Origin: an uncultured delta proteobacterium
Lineage (GTDB): Bacteria > Myxococcota_A > Polyangia > Polyangiales > Polyangiaceae
DNA: 64,000 nucleotides
Assembly (NCBI GenBank): GCA_963841435.1
Contig: CAWJCS010000006.1
Coordinates: forward strand, 768,001 to 832,000
Direction of reading: 5' to 3'
The notes under the pieces are model-generated. The model was not told the DNA's origin, ran no database searches, and worked only from the letters and a program-made list of their open reading frames with translations. Made by a program: the position numbers and the translations under genes. Shown here piece by piece: positions 19,535 through 28,301 of this stretch. Within the stretch, counting starts at the first letter, position 1. Each line of letters starts with the position of its first letter.

Positions 19535-21239
19535 ATGGCCAAGTCCAGCGATCCTCGAGCTCTGGAGCTACTGAACGCCGTGGAACTAGCCACCCCCTTC
19601 GGGTGCGACGCCGCTGCGCCGCACGTCGAAGAGCTGACGGCGCTCGTCAACGCGTGGTCGGAGCCCGAGGCCCGCCGGCTGCTCGATACGCTGCGAAAGA
19701 GTCGCTGTTTCGACGCAATGCTGCGCGCTTGTGATGCGCTTCTTGCAGCGGATGCGGAGTTTCCCTACCTGCGCCGGCAGTATGCGCAGGCAATGATCGA
19801 GAGAGGGCTCTTCACGCAAGCGAAGCGTGAGCTCACGAGCCTGCTCGCGGATCTGCCGGAGGCGACCGCCGCAGAGCACGCCGAAGGACGCCGCGAGCGT
19901 AGCGAAGCTCTCGGCCTCTTGGGTAGACTCCACAAGCAGACGTTCGTGGCACAGGTTGCGAACGCCCCGCGCGCGGCGCGCGAGCTCAACGCAGCAATCG
20001 AGTGGTATGCCACGGCGTACCGCGACGATCCGGCGTGGCACGGCGCAAACCTCGTCGCGCTCCTGCATCGCGCCGAGCGCGATCGCATCCCGCTCCAGTC
20101 GGGCCGCCGCTCGGAGGACGCCGCCAGGGCGCTGCTGAAGGATCTGGGTGCGCCGAGCCGTGCTTGGTCTGCCTGGACTTTTGCCGGAGCGGGCGAAGCC
20201 TACCTGGCGCTCTCGGACTGGGGAAATGCCCGCTACTGTTACGGCCGATTCGCCCAACACGAGTCCGTCGATGGGTTCGCGATTGCGGGCGCAACCCGAC
20301 AGCTGCGCGAGATCTGGCTCGTGGACCCGGACGACAGCGAGCCGGGCGCGATTCTCACTGCGCTCGAGGCGCGTATCCTGTTCAACGGGGCGCGGCGGCG
20401 GGCTTTCGTCTTCGCCCGAGCATCTCGAACGCTTGCTTACCGCGCTGCGCCGGGCGAGCGCCGGACCGCAGGAGGCGCTCGAGGCAATCCTCGGCGAGAC
20501 TCGGGAGATCTCGATTCACGATGTGCTCGGCTTGCTCGACGTGGCTCGCGTGGTGGGACAGGTCGTCAATCGGTACCAATTCGAAAAGCGGATCCCCACC
20601 GGTGGCACGGGCTTCTTGATCGATGGTGGCGCCCTCCGGGAGGACTGGCGTGGACGCACGCTACTGCTCACCAATCACCATGTCCTCAGCAAGGACGGGG
20701 CGGACGGGAGCGTGGCCGGCGCCGACGCCGACGTACTCTTTCAATTCTGGAATGGCACCCGCAGCGTGAGACGGTTCAGAGTCGGTGAGATCGTCGCAAC
20801 GTCGCCGAGGGCGGATTGCGACTTCGCCCTGGCCGCGCTCGAAGGCGACCGTGCCGAGCTCACCGAGCATCACCCCGTGCTGGAGATGGGCGCGAACGCG
20901 CTCGGCCCGCGCGGGAGCAAGCCAAAAGCGCGGATCTACGTGGTGGGTCACCCCAGAGGGCGCGGTCTCGAATTCAGCTTGACCGACAACGAGGTCCTCG
21001 ATCACGAGCTTGCCACGGGCGGCGTCCCGCGCCGTCGCATTCACTACCGGGCTCCCACGGAAGAAGGCATGTCCGGAAGCCCGGTCCTCGATGCCCAGCG
21101 GCTCCGTGTCGTGGGACTGCATCGTTCGAGCACGAGGTCTCCACTCCTCGCCACGGACGGACCGGCGGGCTACCGCGCGAACGAAGCCATCTGGATCGGC
21201 TCGGTGAAGGAAGCCTGCCTACGGGTCCCAAACAGCTAG
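19535..21239 (+). CDS. TPR-sensor-like (TPR-S/DUF4071-like) domain fused to a trypsin-like (V8-type) serine protease (~567 aa; +1 frameshift near 20381)
   Basis: N-part 'RQYAQAMIE', 'EALGLLGRLHKQ', 'AIEWYATAY..WHGANLVAL' and 'GEAYLAL'. C-part 'GTGFLI', 'TNHHV', 'DFALA', 'TEEGMSGSPV' and 'VGLH'. The two halves are in adjacent frames. Confidence 0.8.
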
Positions 21240-21317
21240 ATCAGGCGGGACCGCCCTTTTCGGGGCGAGCGAGCCATCGGGTAAGCTCGGCGAGCTCGCG
21301 CCCCGCGAGCTCGAGTC

Positions 21318-22571
21318 ATGGCGACGACACGCATCCTCGTGAGCCACCCCGCGGGACCACTCGGGGAGTCCCTTGGTGATCGAGCGCAGATGGCGCTCGA
21401 GAAGGCCTTCCCCGACGCCGTGGTCGTCGCCTCGCACTCAGTGCCCGCGGGTGAGGTCGAGTCCGACGCGGAAGCGGAGCGCTTCGATCTGGTGGTCGTG
21501 CTGATGGATGCCGAGTGGGTCTCGACGTTCGCCAGCCGCCCGGATGATGGGGTTCTTAGGACCGTCGAATGGGCGTTGGCGCGCGGGTTCCAGCTGTCGC
21601 CCGTACTGCTCGACAACACGGAACTGCCCGCGGAGAGTCTGCTCCCCGAGAGCATCCGCGGCCTTTGGGCCTACAAGCACCATCGCCTGCGCAGCCGCGA
21701 TGAATTTCGCACCACCATGACGTCGCTCGTGGGTGGATTGAGGCGCGGGGCCCTGGCCCGGCAGGAAGCTCGAGGTGCCCGACGGCGACGGACGCGGCTT
21801 CTCGCCGTCGGCGTGACCGCGGCAGCCATCGTCGCTGCCACGATCGTCGTGGCGCCGGCAGGTCGCGGACCGCTTCCCGACGCGGCTCTTGCAGCGCTCG
21901 ACGACGCCGGTGCTCCGCCTCCGACGGCCGGGCCGCCGCCGCCAACCACCGCCCCGTCCGAGACCTCGTCCTCGTCGCCGGCCACCCCACCCCCGTCGGA
22001 TTCCGGGTCGAAAGCGGAGCCGAAGGAACAGACTTTCAAGCGCTCGCCGCCGCCCCCCGCCAACGTGGTCCGTTCCGAAGTGGCCGCCGCAGGACCCGAG
22101 ACCCCGTCGAAACCGCCGACGGACGAGGACTGTCGCAACTCGTCCGGGTGCCGCCAAGCGGCCCGCTGCACCGCGAAGAACGGCCGCTGCGAGCGAGCGT
22201 CGGACGCGGACTGTGAGCGCTCGGAGCTCTGCAAGAACGGCGGGTTGTGCGTGTTCCACTACGACCGCTGCGCGACGAAATCGCACGAAAGCTGTCGGCG
22301 CTCGGCGTACTGCGCGAGCCAGGGCTTTTGCACCGCCAAGGACGGCCTCTGCCAGCGCCTCTCGAGCGAGGACTGCCGGCGGTCCGCGCTCTGCAAGCAC
22401 GACGGGCAGTGCTCGCTGGCGAGCGAAGTCTGCGTTGCCCGCTCCGACTCGGAGTGCCGAGCGTCGGAACTATGCGCGCAGGAGGGCAAGTGCGTCGCCT
22501 ATCAATCCGTGTGCGTCACGGCCGAAGCGAAGAAGGCTCGACTCGACGCGGAGGCGGCGCTCTTCGACTAG
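21318..22571 (+). CDS. Degenerate TIR domain + TM helix + Pro/Ser stalk + five 27-aa Cys-rich repeats
   Basis: The N-terminus aligns by eye with the neighbouring TIR ('LVVVLMDAEW..DDGVLRTVEWAL..PVLL..LP..LP'). TM 'LLAVGVTAAAIVAATIVVA' follows an Arg run. Repeats are C-x5-C-x5-C-x6-C-x7. Confidence 0.75.
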   Translation: MATTRILVSHPAGPLGESLGDRAQMALEKAFPDAVVVASHSVPAGEVESDAEAERFDLVVVLMDAEWVSTFASRPDDGVLRTVEWALARGFQLSPVLLDNTELPAESLLPESIRGLWAYKHHRLRSRDEFRTTMTSLVGGLRRGALARQEARGARRRRTRLLAVGVTAAAIVAATIVVAPAGRGPLPDAALAALDDAGAPPPTAGPPPPTTAPSETSSSSPATPPPSDSGSKAEPKEQTFKRSPPPPANVVRSEVAAAGPETPSKPPTDEDCRNSSGCRQAARCTAKNGRCERASDADCERSELCKNGGLCVFHYDRCATKSHESCRRSAYCASQGFCTAKDGLCQRLSSEDCRRSALCKHDGQCSLASEVCVARSDSECRASELCAQEGKCVAYQSVCVTAEAKKARLDAEAALFD

Positions 22572-22654
22572 CCGGCGCGACAAAACTACTAGTGACGCGC
22601 GGCTCCACCGCACCTAGCATCCGGCGGGCGGAGTCGCCCCGCAAGTTTGGACTC

Positions 22655-24413
22655 ATGGCGATCTTCATCTGTTACCGCCACAGCGAGCTGGGTGATGCCG
22701 TCACCGGGCGCATCCAGGATTGGCTCGAACACAGGTTCGGTGCGGTGAAAGTCGTTCGGGACGTTCGAGCACGTCCCGCCCGGCGTGGGTTTCGCCGAGC
22801 AGCTCGAGCGCGCACTGGCTTCGTGCCAGGCGCTCCTGGTCGTCATCGGAGAGGACTGGTCGCTCGAGCGCCTGCAGTCGCCAGACGACTTCGTGCGCAT
22901 CGAAGTCGAATCTGCCGTCGCGCACGGCGCGTCGCTGATCCCGGTGGTGCTGCCGGGGGCGAAGGTGCCACCCCCCTCCGCGTTGCCTCCCGGCATGCAG
23001 GCACTCTCGGCGAGCGAGGCTTACCCCCTGCGCCTTCCGAAGTCGGAGTTCTCGGCGGACATGCAGGCCATTCAAAAGGCGATCGCGCCCTCGCTCCGTC
23101 CGCCGCCCCGCGAGCTCTGGCGTCGCCGCGTCCTCATCGGCGCCCTCGTCCTTTCGACGCTCGCTGCCACGCTTGCCGTCGCGTTTGCGGCCGTCCGCTT
23201 GCTCCCGCGGGTCCTCGCGTCCTTCTCCGGGTCGGCGGGTGCCCGCCCCGACCCAGCTCCCCCCGTCGAGCGGCTTACCGTCGAGCCAACGAGGCCGGAT
23301 GCCTCGCCAGCGCCGGTGGCCGCCACTGGAGCACCGCCGACCGCCCATGGCCCCGCGGCGCGACCCGCGATACCGCCTTTTGCGCCAGCCGGAGCGGCGC
23401 GGGCGACTCGCACCATTCCTGGCGCCATCGCGGGCGATACGTCGTGCCTCGACTCGACGCTATGCAAGGAGAGCGGCCTGTGCGTTTCCGTGAAGAACGA
23501 CGGTGGGGGCGCGGCGTCCGTGATCTGTGTCGCCGGGTCCGACCGCGACTGCAGGGCCACGACCGAGGCTTGCCCCATCTACGGTCAATGCAGCCTCGGG
23601 GAGCGACGCTGCATCGCGAAGTCGGACGCGGACTGCCGAAACGCGAAGGTCTGTGCGCAGCAGGGAGAATGCAGCGCTTCAAACGGTTTCTGCGTCGCGA
23701 CCGCCGACGCCGACTGCAAACGGTCGGTGGCCTGCCACCTCGAAGGTTCCTGCACGGCGAAGGATCGCCGCTGCGTCGCCGGCTCGGACGAGGACTGCCG
23801 CGCGTCTGAGCTGTCGTGCCAGAAGAGGGGCAAGTGTACGGCCAAGAACGGGGTGTGCATCGCCGCCGCACGGGCGGACTGCGTGGCGACCCTCGATTGC
23901 AAGGAGCGGGGATGGTGCACGCCGATCGACGGCGCGTGCCATGCGGGCTCCGACGCCGATTGTCGTGAATCGAATCGGTGTCCCGCCGACGCCCTATGCA
24001 GCCTGGCGCGGGAGGGCAGCTCACCCTCCTGCAAGATCAAGTCGAACGAAGACTGCAAGCGCTGGGTGAAGTGCAAGGAAGTCGGGAAATGCAAATGGAC
24101 GGGCCAGGAGAGCTTCACGGCGGTCAACGTCTGCTACCCGGGCTCGGACGCGGATTGCCGGCGTTCGGTCGCCTGCAAGAAGGACGGGCGCTGCGTGATC
24201 GACAAGCTCGAGCCGCAGACGTGCACGATGCCGCCGCCGCCCATCATCGACGGCGATGCCCCGAGGGCAGGAAAGCCTGCCGGTGCTTCGAAGCAACCCG
24301 CGCCATCCACTAGCGACGGGACCACGAGAACCGCATTCGAGAAGGATCGCAAAAACAACAAGGCCGAAGACGAGCCGCCCGACGGGCAGGCCTCCGAGCC
24401 GAAGAAGGAGTGA
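22655..24413 (+). CDS. TIR (TIR_2) domain + TM helix + Pro stalk + nine Cys-rich repeats (~585 aa; +1 frameshift at ~22764)
   Basis: 'MAIFICYR..RIQDWLEHRFG..RDVEHVPPGVGF..LLVVIGEDW..DDFVRIEV..IPVVLPGA..LP'. TM 'VLIGALVLSTLAATLAVAFAAV'. Repeats 'GSDADC'. Confidence 0.85.
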
Positions 24414-24544
24414 CGCGGACGGCGGATCGCCGCTCCCGATGACCCACCCGCGGCCGGAAACCGAAAACGCAGTCAATTCATGACTTCAGCGGGTCTCGTG
24501 ACCGAGCGGCAGGGCCTCGGACCACCTTTCCATGCTGAGGCACC

Positions 24545-26299
24545 ATGATATCCCACCCGATCGCCCGACGACTGCTGGAGCTCCTCTTCGCCGCCGGCCT
24601 CCTTCTCGGGGCGCGGAATGCCGCGGCCACCGACTACTACGTGGCCACGACCGGCGACGATTCGAACGCCGGCACCAGCATCGATCAGCCGTTTGCCTCG
24701 CTGCAGCGAGCGCACAGCGCCGTCATGGCGGGCGACACCGTGTACATCCGCGGTGGGACGTACGCGATCGTCACGCCCGCCACGTCCAGCGCGGGGGTCT
24801 CGATCACGAAGAGCGGGACCTCGGACACGAACCGCATCAAGTTCTGGGCGTACAACGGCGAAGTGCCGGTGTTCGACTTCGCGATGCTCCAGATCTCCAC
24901 GAACGGCTACACGAACGGCTTCACCGTGAGCGGGAGCTTTCTCCACTTCAAGGGGCTCGAGATCAAGAACGTGCCGATGAACACCAACTCGAACAACGGC
25001 ATGTCGTCGAGCGGCAGCAACAACGTCTTCGAGCTCATCAATTTCCACCACAACAACGGCACCGGCCTGTTCATCAACGGTGGCATGGGGGGCAACCTCA
25101 TTTTGAACTGCGATTCCCACGACAATTACGACCCCACCTCTTCGCAGGGCGACGGGCAGAACGCCGACGGCTTCGGTGTGCACTACCAGATGAGCGGCGC
25201 GAGCACGGTCATCAGCGGTTGCCGCGCGTGGTGGGACTCGGACGACGGCTACGATCTCATCAACCACGAAGTTCCGGTCACCATCGAGAACTCCTGGGCC
25301 ATGGGCAACGGCTACATCAATTCGGGTGCCGCGCGGCCCGCCGACGGAAACGGCAACGGCTTCAAGGCGGGGAGCAGCAAGACCGGCGCCCGGCACATCA
25401 TCCGGAATTGCCTCGCCTGGGGGAACGTCGCGTCCGGCTTCTACGCCAACCATTCCTTGGGCGGGAACACTTGGTACAACAACACCTCGTACCGAAACGG
25501 TACGCAGTACAACATGCTCGCGACCGACCCGACCGACTCGACCGGCGTCAAGGTCACCCTGATGGGTGACAAGGTCCACATCATGCGGAACAACATCGGC
25601 TATCCCAACAAGAACAGCAACATGGAGGGCGTCGACACGGCGCAAAATAGTTGGGATCTCGGTATCACGCCCGCCGACAGCGACTTCGTGAGCGTGAGCG
25701 ACATGGGCTTCAAGATGGCCCCGCGTCAGGCGGACGGGAGCCTGCCGAACCTGGACTTCATGAAACTCAGCGCCACGGGCAACATGATCGACAAGGGCGA
25801 GGACGTGGGCCTGCCTTACGCCGGCACCGCGCCCGATCTGGGCTGCTTCGAAACGGGCCTGCCGAGCGGCGGCACGGGTGGATCTGGAGAGTCTGGAGCG
25901 GGCGCCGGGGGAACAGGAAACGGCGGCGCCGAGACTGCGGGCGGCGGGGTGGGCGGAGCGACGGCCGGTGCCCCGGCGACGGGTGGCTCCAACATGGGAG
26001 GCGCGTTCACGGGCGGCGCGGGATCGAACGCGGGTGCAACTGGGGCGGGCACGGGTGGCGCCGGCGGCAGCGGCGGCGCCAATGCCGGAACCGGGGGCAG
26101 CGTTGTCGCGAGCGGCGGAACGAGCACGGGCACGGCCGGTGCGTCGGGCGCGACGGCAAGCGCAGACTCCGCATCGGATCAAGCTGGCTGCGGCTGCGAG
26201 CTCGTGGGCCGCCGAAGCAGCTCTTTTGGTGCCGCGCTCGCCGCGCTACTACTGGTTTCGCTCGGCGCGCGCCGACGCCGCTCGATCGACACGCGCTAG
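24545..26299 (+). CDS. Polysaccharide lyase family 9 (pectate lyase-like beta-helix) with MYXO-CTERM anchor
   Basis: 'YYVATTGDDSNAGT..PFASL', 'NADGFG', 'SDDGYD' and 'GNGFKAG'. C-terminal 'GCGC..LAALLLVSLGARRRR'. Confidence 0.88.
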   Translation: MISHPIARRLLELLFAAGLLLGARNAAATDYYVATTGDDSNAGTSIDQPFASLQRAHSAVMAGDTVYIRGGTYAIVTPATSSAGVSITKSGTSDTNRIKFWAYNGEVPVFDFAMLQISTNGYTNGFTVSGSFLHFKGLEIKNVPMNTNSNNGMSSSGSNNVFELINFHHNNGTGLFINGGMGGNLILNCDSHDNYDPTSSQGDGQNADGFGVHYQMSGASTVISGCRAWWDSDDGYDLINHEVPVTIENSWAMGNGYINSGAARPADGNGNGFKAGSSKTGARHIIRNCLAWGNVASGFYANHSLGGNTWYNNTSYRNGTQYNMLATDPTDSTGVKVTLMGDKVHIMRNNIGYPNKNSNMEGVDTAQNSWDLGITPADSDFVSVSDMGFKMAPRQADGSLPNLDFMKLSATGNMIDKGEDVGLPYAGTAPDLGCFETGLPSGGTGGSGESGAGAGGTGNGGAETAGGGVGGATAGAPATGGSNMGGAFTGGAGSNAGATGAGTGGAGGSGGANAGTGGSVVASGGTSTGTAGASGATASADSASDQAGCGCELVGRRSSSFGAALAALLLVSLGARRRRSIDTR

Positions 26300-26496
26300 C
26301 ACTACTGTCAGAGTCTTGGAGGAACAGCTCACGATCCGGCAGAGAGAACATGAGCCACGAAAGCAACTGGCGCGGCCAGCGGGCGGCCGTCTACGAGCAC
26401 GAAATGGACGCAAGACGTGGGCGCCGCCGTCCGAAAAGTTCGCCGCTCGCCAATCTGCGAATTTCTCGAAGGAAACGCGAATCTCTGACAGTAGTG
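26300..26496. mobile_element. 197-bp MITE, copy 2
   Basis: Same TIRs as copy 1, with CTAG on both sides (26296-26299 and 26497-26500). The left CTAG contains the PL9 stop codon. Confidence 0.9.
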
Positions 26497-26528
26497 CTAG
26501 GTAGGCGTTTCCCGTGCGCTCGCGTGGA

Positions 26529-26996
26529 CTACTCCAGCAGGCTCCGCAGCATCCACGCCGTCTTCTCGTGCACCTGCATGCGTTGCGTGAGTAGATCGCA
26601 CGTCGGTTGGTCGCTCGCCTGCTCTGCGGCCTTGAAGATCTCCCGTGCCGTGCGCGCGACCGTCTCGTGCGCCTCGACGAGGCGCCGAATCATGTCCTGG
26701 GCCGCTGGTACGCCCTCGTCTTCCGTGATCGCCGAGAGCTCGGTGAATTGCTTGTAGGTGGCGGGCGCCGCGAAACCGAGCGCCCGAATGCGTTCGGCGA
26801 CGAGGTCGACCGCGAGCGCGAGCTCGTTGTACTGCGTCTCGAACATGAGGTGCAGGGTCTGGAACATGGGCCCCGTGACGTTCCAGTGAAAATTGTGGGT
26901 CTTGAGGTAGAGCGTGTAGGTGTCGGCGAGGACGCGCGACAAGCCTTGCGAGATCTCTTCACGCTTGGCGGCTTCGATCCCGATGTCGATGTTCAT
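26529..26996 (-). CDS. dps: Dps DNA-protecting/ferroxidase protein
   Basis: '[44 protein letters not shown]'. Confidence 0.97.
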   Translation of the reverse strand: MNIDIGIEAAKREEISQGLSRVLADTYTLYLKTHNFHWNVTGPMFQTLHLMFETQYNELALAVDLVAERIRALGFAAPATYKQFTELSAITEDEGVPAAQDMIRRLVEAHETVARTAREIFKAAEQASDQPTCDLLTQRMQVHEKTAWMLRSLLE

Positions 26997-27048
26997 CTTG
27001 GACTCTTTGGTGTGTTTGCCTATTGTCGTGGGTGACGCTGGCGCGGGC

Positions 27049-27717
27049 CTACCTGGCATGGATCAGGAGCCCGGACTGGTGGCCGGACGGCGCTGGCGCG
27101 AAGTGGAGAGTGTGCCGGCGCTCGTGATGCTCACGGTGCTGCTCGCACCAGAGCTCATTGCCGTACGTGGCTCGCCGTGTCTCCACACACTGCGGACATG
27201 GCGGCTCGATTTTCGGGACGCCCGCATCTGGAGGGCGGACGACGAGGACGTCGCAGGGGGCGAGCCTCACCGTCGCTTCGGCAACCGAGCCGAACACGAA
27301 CCGCCGAGCCCCGCGGTGTCCGTGCGTGCCGACAATTACGAGCTTTGCGTCGAGGTCGGACGCGAGCTGGGCTATCGACTCGGCTGCGGGCTCGAATCGG
27401 ATGTGCGTCGTCAACCGCTTGAATGACGGCGGCGCGGAGTGCGTCTCCCGCCAGCGCCGAACGACTTGCTCGACGTGCTCACCCAGGTGCACTGATGGCC
27501 GAGTCAGGTCGCCGCTCGAGGCTTCGCCTGGGGAGGCGAGTGCACTGGCGCCAGGCAAGCTCGAGCTTCGTGCTTCGGCATGTACGACGTGCAGATGGGT
27601 TTGCCGGTGGGCCGCGGCCAAGTCGCAGGCTCGCTCAAGCGCGAGGTCGCTCAGCGCGGAGAAGTCGATGCCAACAACGATGGCAAAGGGCTCTTGTTGG
27701 GATTGGGTCTCATTCAT
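27049..27717 (-). CDS. Universal stress protein with C-terminal Cys/His (zinc-ribbon-like) tail
   Basis: 'IVVGIDFS', '[23 protein letters not shown]' and tail 'CPQC..WCEQH'. Confidence 0.9.
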   Translation of the reverse strand: MNETQSQQEPFAIVVGIDFSALSDLALERACDLAAAHRQTHLHVVHAEARSSSLPGASALASPGEASSGDLTRPSVHLGEHVEQVVRRWRETHSAPPSFKRLTTHIRFEPAAESIAQLASDLDAKLVIVGTHGHRGARRFVFGSVAEATVRLAPCDVLVVRPPDAGVPKIEPPCPQCVETRRATYGNELWCEQHREHHERRHTLHFAPAPSGHQSGLLIHAR

Positions 27718-27733
27718 GTTTTGCTCTGGGGAC

Positions 27734-27749
27734 TGCACGATCGGTGCCA
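27734..27749 (-). promoter_or_regulatory. sigma54-type promoter of usp
   Basis: Minus strand TGGCACCGATCGTGCA (GG-N10-GC), just upstream of ATG 27717. Confidence 0.6.
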
Positions 27750-28195
27750 GAGACGCCCGACACGCGAGCGGACGGCCATTTTTGCCCCGCGGTGTCCCTT
27801 TGTGGGCGCAAGGCACTCGCTTCTCGGTCATCGCGGTCGCTCCCGCCCACCGTCATCGAATTGAGAGACCGGCCTCATCACTCTGATTGAATGGCCTCGG
27901 CCCGCAGAGCTGTGGCGCTTTCGGGCCCCGGGTGTGGCGCGAATCCGCACATCACGAGGCCGAGAAAATGCCGACCGCAATTTCTCCGGAGCACCGCTGA
28001 AGCTCCTTCGAAGACGGTGTTCGGTGCCGGTCGCAGCGCCGGCACCCGTGAGAGGGGAAGGTGGCGACAAACTGAGCGCATGGCTTGCGCGATTTTTGGT
28101 GCGAGAACGCTGGTCCACGCAGGATCTTCTGGGAATGCACCGACGGTGTTCCCGGCGCTCGTCCTCCCGAGGGAGCGGCGCCGTCTTGGGTCGTG

Positions 28196-28209
28196 GGCAC
28201 GGGACTTGC
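28196..28209 (+). promoter_or_regulatory. sigma54-type promoter of the glgP-N-ATPase operon
   Basis: GGCACGGGACTTGC (GG-N10-GC with TTGC), about 90 nt before the glgP ATG. Confidence 0.6.
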
Positions 28210-28301
28210 GTTAACTGGGCATGCCCCATGCCCCAGGGGAGGTAGGTCCATGGCCGGAGAGACGCGGCTGCCGCGGATAGCCCCGATTGCGTTCAACGAC
28301 C

